From an uncultured cyanobacterium (GTDB lineage Bacteria; Cyanobacteriota; Cyanobacteriia; Cyanobacteriales; CAWUOF01): a stretch of 64,000 bases of DNA. The number at the start of each line of letters is the position of its first letter. The first letter of the stretch is position 1. Shown here in pieces: positions 52,447 through 63,308 of the stretch. Position numbers and translations under genes: made by a program. The stretch spans positions 992,001 through 1,056,000 of the forward strand of contig CAVUSO010000001.1 in assembly GCA_963744145.1 (NCBI GenBank). Reading direction: 5' to 3'. The notes under the pieces are model-generated. The model saw only the letters and a program-made list of their open reading frames with translations, searched no databases and was not told the DNA's origin.

Positions 52447-53760
52447 TCAGATTATATTTACAATCTGATCAAAAGGAAGATTCCAAGTCTGCATCACACG
52501 ACCAATTAAATACTTTTCCAGCCAAGGTGTGTTAACAGAACGACTATGCAGATTGTTAAGATTAACTTTCCACTTAATTTGAGGATTAAAAAGAGTTAAT
52601 TCAGCGGGTTGTCCTACAGCGATCGCTGCTGGAGTTTGTTTCAGACATAAAGCAGGTTGGGTGCTTAAAACTTGCCACAATTGGAGGGCTGACCATCGAT
52701 TAGTTTCGACTAAAAAATGCCAGAGTAGGGGTAAAGCTAACTCCAGACCAATTACTCCTGGTGGTGCAGAGGAAAAAGCGACGGTTTTTTCTTCATAAGT
52801 ATAAGGAGTATGATCAATGGCGATCGCATCAATAATTCCGGCTTTCAAACCATTAATTAATGCGGCTTGATCGTCCGGATTGCCCAGGGGAGGATCGAGA
52901 CGTAAAGCAGGATTATAACTAGCTAAATCTTCACTATTAAATAATAAGTGCATCCAAGTTGTACTAGCAGTGATTGGTAAACCCCGATTTTTAGCGGATT
53001 GAATCAGTTCGACTCCCCGAGCTGTAGAAATTCGCATCAAATGAACTGGAGTACCAATCACCGCGATACATTCTAACAAAGCAGCTAAAGCAGCAGTTTC
53101 GGCGATCGCTGGATTACCACTTAAACCAAACCTAATTGATGCAGCACCTTCGCGCATGACTCCGGGTCCAACTAACTGGCGATCGCATGGCCATATAGCC
53201 ACGGGTTGGCCCAAAGGTGCTACATATTCTAGGAGCCGACGTAACAGTCCTAGATCAGCTAGAGGTTGACCATCTGTAAAACCGACCACACCAGCAGCAG
53301 CCAATTCCGTCAATTCCGTCATTTGCTGACCAGCTAAATCCAGGGTGAGAGCGCCCCAAAAGTAAATCTGGGGAGCAGCAGCAGCGAAAATTTGTCTAGC
53401 AGCAGTGTTACTTTGTTGTTTCAGCCAGGATAACATGGCCGGCGAATCGAGCGGTGGTTTGGTATCCGGTAAAATAGCTAATCGAGTAAATCCACCATGG
53501 ATAGCAGAAAGCATGAGGGAGGCTAAAGTTTCGCGTTCTTCAAATCCCGGTTCACCAGAATGACTATAGAGATCCACCAATCCTGGTCCTAAAATTAAAC
53601 CCTGACAATCTTGTCGTTGGGTATCAACTGGAACATCAGCAATCTGGGAAGCGATCGCCTGAATTCTGCCCTCAGCAATTAAGACATCAGCAATTTGGTC
53701 GGTTTGCGAAACTGGGTCTAACACCCTTACTTGTTGAAGTAACCAACAACCACTAGCCAC
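52447..53760 (-). CDS. pyrC: dihydroorotase-like protein (probably non-catalytic PyrC')
   Basis: GLVDLYSHSGEPGFEERETL and IAIDHTP; the HxH metal motif is degenerate. Confidence 0.85.
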   Translation of the reverse strand: MASGCWLLQQVRVLDPVSQTDQIADVLIAEGRIQAIASQIADVPVDTQRQDCQGLILGPGLVDLYSHSGEPGFEERETLASLMLSAIHGGFTRLAILPDTKPPLDSPAMLSWLKQQSNTAARQIFAAAAPQIYFWGALTLDLAGQQMTELTELAAAGVVGFTDGQPLADLGLLRRLLEYVAPLGQPVAIWPCDRQLVGPGVMREGAASIRFGLSGNPAIAETAALAALLECIAVIGTPVHLMRISTARGVELIQSAKNRGLPITASTTWMHLLFNSEDLASYNPALRLDPPLGNPDDQAALINGLKAGIIDAIAIDHTPYTYEEKTVAFSSAPPGVIGLELALPLLWHFLVETNRWSALQLWQVLSTQPALCLKQTPAAIAVGQPAELTLFNPQIKWKVNLNNLHSRSVNTPWLEKYLIGRVMQTWNLPFDQIVNII

Positions 53761-53771
53761 GATTTATCACC

Positions 53772-55115
53772 TTACAAAGCTCCAGCAGCCGTTTGATCGA
53801 GAATACCTCCGCTCAAATGAGTGGTGATATTCATCGCTTCGAGTACGGGTGGACCATCCAACCCGCGCGGATAATCAATCACAGTTACCGCACCATTACC
53901 TTGCTTAAAGTTCCAAAAATGTTCTGGACTTAAATCAAACAAATGACAGAGAATAGCTTTATTGATGGCATCGTGACCAACCACCAATCCAATGGAAGGA
54001 GATTGATTACCCGCACTAGCAACTACAGAACGCCATGCAGCGATCGCCCGTTCCCATACTTGTTGTAAATTTTCTCCTTCGGGCATTTGCACAGATGCTG
54101 GAGTAGTTTTCCATTGCTGTAATTGACCGGGAAAATCCTGTTCAATTTCGGTTTCAAACTTTCCTTCCCAGAGTCCATGACTAATTTCTCGCAACTGATC
54201 ATCCAGTTTTAATTCTACCTGTGGATGAGGATGAAGAATCAATTCAGCCGTTTCCTTGGGACGTAACATGGAGCTACTGACCGCAAAATCAATGGGAATA
54301 TCTTTCAGAAATACACTGGCTTGGCGAGATTGTTCTTTGCCTTTATCATTAAGAGGAACATCAATTTGACCTTGGAACCGACCTTGGCGATTCCATTCCG
54401 TTTCCCCATGACGTACCAATAACAACCTAGGACCGCGATGACCTTCCCTGGGTTTGGGAAATATTTCTCCGAGATGGTTAGTAATATTCATCGACTCCAA
54501 TTGCACCCCATCACCCCAACCACCTGCAAAATTCAGGATACTAATCCCACAGTTTGACTGCTGGATCGAATGATAAAAAGCTGGAGAAATTCCTAGGGCA
54601 GTGCTAATTAAAGCTCGATTAATCCCATTATGAGCCACAATCATAATGGTGCCATTGACATGACGAGACAACAGCTCTTGCCAAAATTGCTGGGCTTGGG
54701 CAAATAAAGCTAAAACGGGGAAGTGTTCTTTTGGTCCATCTTTTCCGGGTAATAACATCCGAAATTCCTGGGGTTGATCTTTCCAACAGCGATATTCATC
54801 AGGAAATTTCTGCTTGACTTCCTCTTTGACCAAAGTTTCCCATAGGGGCAGATCGATTTCCATCAGTAGATCTGTCACCTGGAGTTTGGGTGGATTTTCT
54901 AAACAGGATAAGATGACTTCTGCTGTGCTTTTTGCCCTCGTCAATGGGCTGGAATAGACTAGATCAAAATTAATTCCTTTGATAGCATCGGCAACCAGAG
55001 TTGCGGTATGACGACCTAATTCTGTCAAAATAGACTGATCAAGACGACCTTGGATACGATGCTCGATATTAAAACTACTTTGACCGTGACGCACGATAAT
55101 AACTCGAGTGGTCAG
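53772..55115 (-). CDS. tandem histidine-phosphatase protein (phosphoserine-phosphatase-like), probable CTG start
   Basis: Two RHG domains (RHGQS and RHGETEWN); GGAGG 8 nt before CTG-ACC-ACT-CGA-GTT (xTTRVIIVRHG). Confidence 0.9.
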   Translation of the reverse strand: MTTRVIIVRHGQSSFNIEHRIQGRLDQSILTELGRHTATLVADAIKGINFDLVYSSPLTRAKSTAEVILSCLENPPKLQVTDLLMEIDLPLWETLVKEEVKQKFPDEYRCWKDQPQEFRMLLPGKDGPKEHFPVLALFAQAQQFWQELLSRHVNGTIMIVAHNGINRALISTALGISPAFYHSIQQSNCGISILNFAGGWGDGVQLESMNITNHLGEIFPKPREGHRGPRLLLVRHGETEWNRQGRFQGQIDVPLNDKGKEQSRQASVFLKDIPIDFAVSSSMLRPKETAELILHPHPQVELKLDDQLREISHGLWEGKFETEIEQDFPGQLQQWKTTPASVQMPEGENLQQVWERAIAAWRSVVASAGNQSPSIGLVVGHDAINKAILCHLFDLSPEHFWNFKQGNGAVTVIDYPRGLDGPPVLEAMNITTHLSGGILDQTAAGAL

Positions 55116-55258
55116 GGTGGTATCCTCCCATTTAATTTTGATGGTGCTAGTAAATGTCCAGAGAAACCTGGAGCCGTTAAAAATATCATCAGCATTTTAG
55201 CCTGCTTTGTCTTTTATGATTTGACTAGCGCAAGAAACTTTTTTTACTGATATAACCT

Positions 55259-56809
55259 ATGACATGGAAACGTTTGATTGTAAGGCTGATTTTAATTTCC
55301 CTGACGATTATGGCAATCTGGTCGATGGGCTATGATTTACTGCAAAGTTGGCATAAACCTCAGATTCAAAGTCGTCTAGAGTTATATCAAGCCAATCTGT
55401 TTCTCCATGCTGCCCAATGGCACCCTAAATCAGATTTGGATCTAAAAAGTTTTAGTAATAATTTACGAGAACAAGCTCAAACAGGTTTAGAGCAAGAGCG
55501 AGATGCTTTGAAATTGCACCAAACCTCATTGCTCCCAGCTACTGAGTCTACCCAGATCGCTCCAAGTCCCATGATATCTGCTCAAGATCAATCCTTGGTT
55601 ACTACTAAATTGGTAACTCAATCTCAATTGGATGAGTTAGATTTGCGGTTGGGTCTAGTTAAAGCTAGTAGTGGACATATAGATGAAGCGATCCAAGGGT
55701 GGACCAGTTTGCTTGAGCGTCCCCAGACTCTGATTACAGATCCACAATTACAAGTTGAAGTCAAAACTAAACTGAAAACTGCTACAGTTTTGATCGGACT
55801 TTGGAGCAATCCACCCCGCATTTTACCTAATGCGGAAACTTTGATTCAAAAACATTTAGACGGATGGTTTCGTTATAGTGCTTTAGCTCAACTTTATCAA
55901 TTACAGCAACGTCAAGATGCTTTTACTAATCTGTTCGCAAGTGAACAGTTAATTGCCCAGCAAGCATTAGTAAAATTAGTTATTCTCAATGTTATTCCTC
56001 TGTTAGCAGGTGTAACTGGAGTCGGTTTACTGATTTTTTTACTGATCCAGTTAGCTATCAAACGTCAAGAATCTTTTCTGGCTCAAAATGCTAATCTCTC
56101 TTGGGAGACACCTTGGAATGGTGAAACTATTTGGCAAGTTTTAGTCATCGGATTTTTCTTTGTTAGTCAGATTTTTCTACCGCTCTTGCTAGGATCGCTT
56201 GGGTTTGCACCAGAAAAATTTAATGTCCGCTCTCAGTCATTTTATTTGCTGTTTACTTACGTTTTATCCGCTAGTGGAGGACTAATGGTTCTCTATTTTT
56301 TGATTAAAGATTTTCTCCCTTTACCAGAAAGCTGGTTTCGGATATCTTTAAAAAGTAACTGGTTTTGGTGGGGGTTAGGTGGTTATTGTGTCGCTTTACC
56401 CTTAGTAATTATAGTCTCGTTAATTAATCAGCAACTTTGGCAAGGATTGGGAGGTAGTAATCCGATTTTGCCGATCGCGTTAGAAGGTAAAGATGGGTTA
56501 GCTTTAGTGATATTTTTTATCACCGCTTCGATCGCAGCACCAATTTATGAGGAGATTTTATTTCGAGGGTTTTTGTTACCATCATTAACTCGTTATTTAC
56601 CCTTATGGGGAGCGATCGCTGTGAGTAGTTTGTTGTTTGCTTTAGCCCATTTGAGTTTATCTGAAGTATTACCTTTAACTACTTTAGGAATGGTGCTAGC
56701 ATTTGTCTATACCCGATCGCGTAATTTACTATCTTCCATGTTTCTCCATAGTCTCTGGAATGCCGGAACTTTATTAAGTTTATATATCTTAGGAAGTAGT
56801 ACAAATTAA
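55259..56809 (+). CDS. CPBP/Abi (CAAX) intramembrane metalloprotease
   Basis: APIYEEILFRGFL, FALAH and HSLWN motifs. Confidence 0.92.
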   Translation: MTWKRLIVRLILISLTIMAIWSMGYDLLQSWHKPQIQSRLELYQANLFLHAAQWHPKSDLDLKSFSNNLREQAQTGLEQERDALKLHQTSLLPATESTQIAPSPMISAQDQSLVTTKLVTQSQLDELDLRLGLVKASSGHIDEAIQGWTSLLERPQTLITDPQLQVEVKTKLKTATVLIGLWSNPPRILPNAETLIQKHLDGWFRYSALAQLYQLQQRQDAFTNLFASEQLIAQQALVKLVILNVIPLLAGVTGVGLLIFLLIQLAIKRQESFLAQNANLSWETPWNGETIWQVLVIGFFFVSQIFLPLLLGSLGFAPEKFNVRSQSFYLLFTYVLSASGGLMVLYFLIKDFLPLPESWFRISLKSNWFWWGLGGYCVALPLVIIVSLINQQLWQGLGGSNPILPIALEGKDGLALVIFFITASIAAPIYEEILFRGFLLPSLTRYLPLWGAIAVSSLLFALAHLSLSEVLPLTTLGMVLAFVYTRSRNLLSSMFLHSLWNAGTLLSLYILGSSTN

Positions 56810-56955
56810 TGTTCGAGAGCGGTAATAATCATAACCAAAAATTAATCTTTGCCAACATCTGTTCAAGGTATATATTAAGCATAGAACTAATTTTGCTCAA
56901 GTTACGGTTACGAAAGTAGTCGGCTAATTCCCAATTATTTTAAGGAGAAAAATCA

Positions 56956-57462
56956 ATGACAATTTCCATGTATCATGCTTCAGTTCCTAGTCTGGTCAAG
57001 ACTCTGACCAATCTGACCAATATTTTGGAGAAAGGTGCTGAATACGCAGAAACTAAAAAGATTGATCCGACCGTGCTGATCAATACTCGTTTATATCCAG
57101 ATATGTTCCCCTTAGCAAGACAGGTACAAATTGCTTCAGATATTGCGAAAAACGGAATCTCAAAATTATCGGAAGTAGCAGCACCCGTATTTGAGGATAA
57201 TGAAAAGAGTTTTCCTGAACTGATCACCAGAATTGAGAAAACGATCATCTACTTAAATACGATCACCCCAGAACAAATTGATGGTTCAGAGGAAAAAGCA
57301 ATTGCTTTGGAAGTTGGCAAAAATACGCTGAATTTTGGGGGAATGGCATTTCTATTAGAATTTGTTCTTCCCAATGTTTATTTTCATGTTACAACAACTT
57401 ATAATATTCTGAGACACTGTGGAGTAGAAATTGGCAAACGCGATTTTCTGGGCAAGATTTAA
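56956..57462 (+). CDS. DUF1993-family protein
   Basis: RLYPDMFPLARQVQIA and LPNVYFHVTTTYNILRH.GV..GKRDF; AAGGAG RBS. Confidence 0.9.
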   Translation: MTISMYHASVPSLVKTLTNLTNILEKGAEYAETKKIDPTVLINTRLYPDMFPLARQVQIASDIAKNGISKLSEVAAPVFEDNEKSFPELITRIEKTIIYLNTITPEQIDGSEEKAIALEVGKNTLNFGGMAFLLEFVLPNVYFHVTTTYNILRHCGVEIGKRDFLGKI

Positions 57463-57530
57463 GTAAATTAAGTAGGGTGCTGAACCGAGCAGAGATTTGC
57501 GCTAATACCAATTTAATGTGAAGTTGCACA

Positions 57531-57591
57531 GATCCCCCTCGCATCCCCCTTAAAAAGGGGGACTTTAATTCATGCTCCCCCTTTTTAAGGG
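57531..57591. repeat. REP-like repeat
   Basis: TCCCCCTT-AAA-AAGGGGGA hairpin followed by a truncated CCCCCTTTTTAAGGG copy. Confidence 0.65.
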
Positions 57592-57603
57592 CACTAAAAA
57601 ATT

Positions 57604-58218
57604 ATGCTAGTATTAGACCCAAACAACCTCCAACCTATAGTAGATCAACGTCTCGTGCTTTACGATATCACCTGGGAACAGTACGAGCAACTTGCTGATC
57701 TGTTTGTGGATGAGTGTTCCCGGATGAATTACTTGGAAGGGACACTAGAAATTATTATGACTACTTCTCCAGAACATGAAAGACTAAAAACTATTATTGC
57801 GCGTTTAATAGAAACTTATGCTGTGGAAAAGAGAATTTCTCTTAATGGTTATGGTAGCGCTACTTTTCGTCGTCGAGCGACTAGAAGGGGTGCAGAACCT
57901 GATGAATGCTACTGTTTAGGTGTTCTCAATGAAGTACCGGATATTGTGATCGAAATTGTCTTGACTAGCGGTGGTGTTGATAAATTAGCAGTATATCAAG
58001 GGTTAGAAGTTCCGGAAGTCTGGTTTTGGGAAAATGAGCAATTTTCTCTGTACCGCTTGCGATCGCAATCATATCACTCAATCTCCAAAAGCGAGTTTTT
58101 ACCAGGATTAGATCTATCTCTGCTGATTCAATATATCGGATATTCAGATCAAACTGAAGCAGTTATTGCTTATCGAGAAGCGTTAACAATGAACTCTTTC
58201 CCTGAACATCATCCATAA
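57604..58218 (+). CDS. Uma2-family endonuclease-like protein
   Basis: ITWEQY, SPEHE, EPDECY, PDIVIEIV and VPEVWFW motifs. Confidence 0.9.
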   Translation: MLVLDPNNLQPIVDQRLVLYDITWEQYEQLADLFVDECSRMNYLEGTLEIIMTTSPEHERLKTIIARLIETYAVEKRISLNGYGSATFRRRATRRGAEPDECYCLGVLNEVPDIVIEIVLTSGGVDKLAVYQGLEVPEVWFWENEQFSLYRLRSQSYHSISKSEFLPGLDLSLLIQYIGYSDQTEAVIAYREALTMNSFPEHHP

Positions 58219-58260
58219 AATTAACATAGTAAGTTTAGTTCCCAGTCAATTTTAATATCT

Positions 58261-60675
58261 ATGGCACTTTCCCCAAAAACTTTGACCACTATCCCGAGTC
58301 CACCCCTAGAAAAGATTACCTTAGACGTGGGGGGAATGAAATGTGCTGGTTGTGTCAAAGCTGTAGAACGACAGTTAACCCAATACCCAGGGGTAATTTC
58401 TGCTGCTGTTAACCTGATGACAGAAATAGCACTAGTAGAATGTGCAACAACTGTAGATCCAATTGCGTTAGCAGAAAAATTAACATCGACTGGTTTTCCC
58501 ACCCAACCACGAATTATCAGTGAAGAGCATCAACCCCTCAGTCTAGCAGAAAGACATCATCAAGAAATTAAACAGCAAATTCGGAACCTAATTATTGCGG
58601 GAATTCTGATTTTTTTATCGGGAATTGGACATTTTAGCCAACATTTTGCCATCCTGACTAATATTTGGATTCATTGGGGGTTAGCAACACTAGCGCTATT
58701 ATTGCCAGGACGTTCCATTATATTAGATGGTTGGCGGGGATGGTGGCAAGGGCATCCCAATATGAATACTTTAGTCGGATTAGGAACGATCAGCGCATAT
58801 TTAGCTAGTGTGGTCGCTCTGTTATTTCCCCAAATGGGTTGGGAATGTTTTTTTGATGAACCAGTAATGTTATTAGGATTTATTCTGCTGGGAAAAACCC
58901 TAGAACAGATAGCCAGAGTTAGAGCTACAGCTGCTTTACAATCTCTTTTAGCATGGCAACCCGCAACTGCGCGATTAGTGGTTAATCCATCAGTACCTGA
59001 AGCAACAACTGAAAATCAAACTTCATCATTACCTATTTATGAAGAAATTCCTACCCAAAAAGTGCGCGTCGGGGATTGGGTACAGGTATTACCAGGAGAA
59101 AAAATCCCTGTGGATGGGGAAGTCTGGGAGGGAAAAACTACTGTTGATGAGTCGATGTTGACTGGGGAAGCTATACCAGTATTAAAGCAAACTGGCGATA
59201 TTGTGACTGGGGGGACTTTAAATCAGTCTGGGGTAATTGTATTGCGAGCAACTCGGACTGGCCAGGATACAACTTTAGCACAAATAGTTTCTTTAGTAGA
59301 AGCAGCTCAAGCCCGCAAAGCACCGATCCAGAAGTTAGCGGATACAGTAGCAGGTTATTTTACTTATGGGGTAATGAGTGCAGCAGTTTTTACCTTGGTC
59401 TTTTGGTATTTTCTTGGCACTCGTCTTTGGTCAGATGTATTAGTAGCTAGTAGTTCAGGGTTGATGATTCATAATTTATCAGGAATGCTGATCCCAGGTG
59501 AACTAGCAAATCTCAATCATCAACCTTTGTTGTTAAGTTTAAAATTAGCGATCGCCGTTTTAGTAGTAGCCTGTCCCTGTGCTTTAGGATTAGCTACCCC
59601 GACAGCGATTTTAGTCGGAACTAGCATTGGTGCGGAAAGGGGGTTATTAATTCGGGGTGGAGATGTTTTAGAAAGACTGCAAAAAATCGACACTGTTGTC
59701 TTTGATAAAACTGGCACAATCACAACCGGCGATCCCACCGTAACGGATTGCATTCCTATCATGGGGGATCATGCTCAGATTAATTCTCAAATTATCCTCC
59801 AAATGGCTGCTGCTGCTGAAAGTGGCACTACACATCCTTTGGCAGTAGCTATTTTAAAGGAAGCCGATCGCCAAAAATTATCTCCTTTGAGCGCCAAGGA
59901 TTTTCATACGGAAGTAGGATTAGGTGTGCAAGCGATCGTCAATGGTGATCAGGTTTTAGTCGGAACTAGGGAGTGGTTAGCAGTTCATGGGGTTGAGATT
60001 AGTAGAGCTGATGATTTGGTACAGATACTAGGAAAACAAGGAAAAACCGTAGTTTATGTAGCGATCGCAGGTGTTTTAGCTGGTTTAATTGCTTGTCTTG
60101 ATACTTTAAGACCTGATGCTAAAGCTACAATAGCCAGACTCAAGCAAATGGGATTGCGGGTAATTTTGCTGACTGGGGATCGACCTTTAGCAGCAATGGC
60201 GATCGGGACGGCGGTAGAACTTGACCCAACGGCAATCCAGGCTGATCTGCGTCCAGTGGCCAAAGCCACAGCGATCGCCCAATTGCAAGCTCAGGGATCT
60301 GTTGTTGCGATGGTTGGGGATGGGATTAATGATGCTCCCGCTTTAGCACAAGCTGATGTGGGGATTGCTTGGGCTAAAGGTACAGATGTGGCTGTAGAGA
60401 CAGCAGGGATTGTATTAATGCGCGATCAGTTAATGGATGTCATTCATTCAATTTACTTGAGTCGCCGTACTCTCAATAAAATTCGCCAAAATTTATTCTG
60501 GGCGTTTGCTTATAATACCCTGGGGATTCCGATCGCTGGGGGGATTTTACTACCAGCCTTTGGGATTTTACTTAGTCCAGCAGCGGCTGGGGCTTTGATG
60601 GCTTTTAGTTCGGTAAGTGTAGTTACGAATTCTTTATTATTACGTTATACTGCCCATTTTGATCACAAATGTTAG
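58261..60675 (+). CDS. copper-transporting P1B-type ATPase (CtaA-like)
   Basis: [35 protein letters not shown] and YN motifs. Confidence 0.93.
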   Translation: MALSPKTLTTIPSPPLEKITLDVGGMKCAGCVKAVERQLTQYPGVISAAVNLMTEIALVECATTVDPIALAEKLTSTGFPTQPRIISEEHQPLSLAERHHQEIKQQIRNLIIAGILIFLSGIGHFSQHFAILTNIWIHWGLATLALLLPGRSIILDGWRGWWQGHPNMNTLVGLGTISAYLASVVALLFPQMGWECFFDEPVMLLGFILLGKTLEQIARVRATAALQSLLAWQPATARLVVNPSVPEATTENQTSSLPIYEEIPTQKVRVGDWVQVLPGEKIPVDGEVWEGKTTVDESMLTGEAIPVLKQTGDIVTGGTLNQSGVIVLRATRTGQDTTLAQIVSLVEAAQARKAPIQKLADTVAGYFTYGVMSAAVFTLVFWYFLGTRLWSDVLVASSSGLMIHNLSGMLIPGELANLNHQPLLLSLKLAIAVLVVACPCALGLATPTAILVGTSIGAERGLLIRGGDVLERLQKIDTVVFDKTGTITTGDPTVTDCIPIMGDHAQINSQIILQMAAAAESGTTHPLAVAILKEADRQKLSPLSAKDFHTEVGLGVQAIVNGDQVLVGTREWLAVHGVEISRADDLVQILGKQGKTVVYVAIAGVLAGLIACLDTLRPDAKATIARLKQMGLRVILLTGDRPLAAMAIGTAVELDPTAIQADLRPVAKATAIAQLQAQGSVVAMVGDGINDAPALAQADVGIAWAKGTDVAVETAGIVLMRDQLMDVIHSIYLSRRTLNKIRQNLFWAFAYNTLGIPIAGGILLPAFGILLSPAAAGALMAFSSVSVVTNSLLLRYTAHFDHKC

Positions 60676-60797
60676 CAGACAATGTTCGATTCCTAATCTT
60701 TTGTTGATCCATTACTGATTGGGAGTGTTTTTTGCTCACAAGTATGAGCAAAGCACTAGACTTTAATTCAAAGCCTCATAAGATGTCAAATGGGGTT

Positions 60798-61224
60798 CTA
60801 TAACTTTGGCGGATGTTCTCCCATCTTCACCCACATCTTCCGTACCCGAATTAATTGCGGACGATTCATTTTCAAAGCACTAATTGTCCCTCGGACCAAC
60901 AGAGGTAAGACCAATAATTTCTGTTGCATCTTGATTCCAGGCAAAATGCTCTGACCAAGACTGAAGACAGGGATGAAATAAAGAAACTAGCTGCTCAGTT
61001 AAGGGATCAACCACCATCTGACGAATTGCTTTGTAGCGATTGCAAGCTGGGCAAGCCAAGCAGAGATTTTCCAAAACCGTCTTACCACCTGCACAGAGGG
61101 GAATAATATGTTCAAATTCAAAATTAGTAACAGTTAGCGCTTCCTGCGTCCGACAATAAGCGCAATGTTCATTAAACCTAGTGCGAACTTGTCGCTGTAA
61201 CTCGACAGAAATATAAACACTCAT
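60798..61224 (-). CDS. HNH endonuclease, one extra base at ~60894
   Basis: CAYC, EHIIP and NLCLACPACN. The C-terminus RGTISALKMNRP...GEHPPKL* continues in the shifted frame to the stop at 60798. Confidence 0.85.
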
Positions 61225-61565
61225 ACTGACGAGAAAGCTGACAAGCGTTTTAAGGTATATCTGGCACGAGTTTTGAGGATCGTTAGCTGATCGATTTGTG
61301 CTAAAAGATGGTCTAGCTCGGTGAGTTGTTCAGCCGAGAGTTGGGTTTTGGCATTGAGAGCAAGAAGTTCATCGAGATTGGTTTGGGTAGCGGGAGCCAA
61401 TATACTTTCAGCTAGAGCTTGTAGTTCGGCTTGACTTAAACCAGTCAAGCACTCCTCATCATCAATAGTCTTTTCGTTGGCCAACCGACTGTAGACATCT
61501 AAATCTAATAATACTCCGATTCGCTCTCCCTGCTCGTTGGTAAGATAACGTACCTGTGTACACAT
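61221..61565 (-). CDS. small hypothetical protein, putative partner of the HNH gene
   Basis: 4-bp stop/start overlap with the HNH gene; YLTNEQGERIGVLL N-terminus. Confidence 0.75.
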   Translation of the reverse strand: MCTQVRYLTNEQGERIGVLLDLDVYSRLANEKTIDDEECLTGLSQAELQALAESILAPATQTNLDELLALNAKTQLSAEQLTELDHLLAQIDQLTILKTRARYTLKRLSAFSSV

Positions 61566-61679
61566 AGTGAGAGTAATTTAATTTAATAGTAACTAGGTTA
61601 ATCTTAACTGACTTTTGAGATCAATGCTTCCTAAAAACTCTGATTGATTTTGTGAATTAACGAGAGGGGCGATCGGCTC

Positions 61680-61701
61680 GGACGGGCAAGATGCCCATCC
61701 C
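61680..61701. repeat. REP-like hairpin GGACGGGCAAGATGCCCATCCC
   Basis: Variant of the reverse complement of 823-844. Confidence 0.6.
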
Positions 61702-61835
61702 AAAGCGTTTACTAGCATGAAACAGCTCTGCTGGTCTAAGAGGTGCAAGGTTTTCAACTCTGATCCTGATAAAAATTTACCCTTGCTCTTTAGAGCAAGG
61801 GTAGAAAAGAGAGCAAAGCTTTCAGCCTATAGCTG

Positions 61836-62183
61836 CTATTCAGAAAAGTTTTCCACCAGTTTCCAGTTGCGATTTTCCATAATCGCCTGTTTGACGATCT
61901 CAAACATTTGATAACAATGGTTATTGTTATGCAGAGGTAATTCCTCGTTTTTAATCACGAACTTCATCCGAATTTCGCTGTCAGTAGCAGTAGTTTTGTC
62001 GATGAGGACTTCTACAGTTACCAGTTTCGGAAAAGAGACTCCGCCCGGTATTTCTCGAGCCATCATATAGTCCTCAGTATCATAGATGATATCCATACTA
62101 CAAGCTTCTAGCACCTGTGTGAGCAAGTGCCTGAGACGTTCAATGGGAACGGCGATGATACATGAACAGGTGTAGCGAGCCAT
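61836..62183 (-). CDS. conserved cyanobacterial hypothetical protein
   Basis: MARYT...YMMAREIPG...KLVTVEVLID...KNEELPL pattern. Confidence 0.8.
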   Translation of the reverse strand: MARYTCSCIIAVPIERLRHLLTQVLEACSMDIIYDTEDYMMAREIPGGVSFPKLVTVEVLIDKTTATDSEIRMKFVIKNEELPLHNNNHCYQMFEIVKQAIMENRNWKLVENFSE

Positions 62184-62286
62184 AGAAGAGTCGGATGTGG
62201 TACACTAAGACCATCTAATCATACCTAACCTTGGCAAATCGGCATAATAGGTAAAATTTGATGGATTAATTTCCTATAACTACTGA

Positions 62287-63288
62287 ATGGATGGTTTTAC
62301 AGAACTTGTAGGGCAAAGTCAAGCAGTGGAGTTGCTTACCCAAGCAGTGACCAAAAATCGGGTTGCCCCTGCTTATTTGTTTGTTGGCCCGACAGGAATA
62401 GGGCGAAGTTTAGCTGCGAAGTGTTTTGTCGAGTTTTTGTTTAGCTTTAAGCTGACTGAGATGGAGTTAGTTAAATCGATTAAAAACCGGGTCAATCTGG
62501 GAAACCATCCGGATTTACTTTGGGTAGAACCTACCTATCTCCACCAAGGTAAAAGAATTTCAACCGCTGAAGCAGTAACTTTGGGGGTCAAACGGAAAGC
62601 TCCACCTCAAATTCGTCTGGAACAAGTCCGAGAAATTAGTCAGTTTCTTAGTCGTCCACCGTTATTGGGGTCACGTTCTCTGGTGGTGATTGAACAAACC
62701 GAGACCATGAATGAAAGTGCAGCTAATGGTTTACTGAAAACTCTTGAGGAGCCAGGAAGGGCTACTTTAATTTTAATTACACCTAGCTTAGACTCTTTGT
62801 TGCCCACAATTGTCTCTCGCTGTCAGCGCATTCCTTTTTATCGGTTGAAGACTGAGGATATGAACCAGGTATTACAGCAAACTGGTAATCAGGAAATTTT
62901 AACTCATCCAGAAATATTGGCGATCGCCCAGGGTAGTCCAGGAGCTGCGATCGCTTCTTGGGAACTCTGGCAAAAAATTCCGTCTGAGTTACTTCATCAG
63001 GCTCGACAATTACCCCAATCTTTTGGGGGACATGAAGCTAAATCTTTACGTTTGAGTCTGGAACTTGCTCACCAGATTGAGCAAGGATTGGAACTAGAAA
63101 CTCAGCTTTGGTTAATTGACTATTTACAACAATGTTACTGGCAACAATTTTTAGAAAAAACTATTCCGGTGTTGCTTTTAGAACCTTTAGAAAATGCCAA
63201 GCGATATTTACAAAGATTTGCTCAACCGCGTTTAGTTTGGGAATGTACTTTGATGATGATGTATAAATTAATGTATTCTGTTAATTAG
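62287..63288 (+). CDS. holB: DNA polymerase III delta' subunit
   Basis: AYLFVGP.GIGR, NHPDL, AANGLLKTLEEP and LLPTIVSRCQ motifs. Confidence 0.93.
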   Translation: MDGFTELVGQSQAVELLTQAVTKNRVAPAYLFVGPTGIGRSLAAKCFVEFLFSFKLTEMELVKSIKNRVNLGNHPDLLWVEPTYLHQGKRISTAEAVTLGVKRKAPPQIRLEQVREISQFLSRPPLLGSRSLVVIEQTETMNESAANGLLKTLEEPGRATLILITPSLDSLLPTIVSRCQRIPFYRLKTEDMNQVLQQTGNQEILTHPEILAIAQGSPGAAIASWELWQKIPSELLHQARQLPQSFGGHEAKSLRLSLELAHQIEQGLELETQLWLIDYLQQCYWQQFLEKTIPVLLLEPLENAKRYLQRFAQPRLVWECTLMMMYKLMYSVN

Positions 63289-63308
63289 GGCGATCAAGGA
63301 AATTACAG

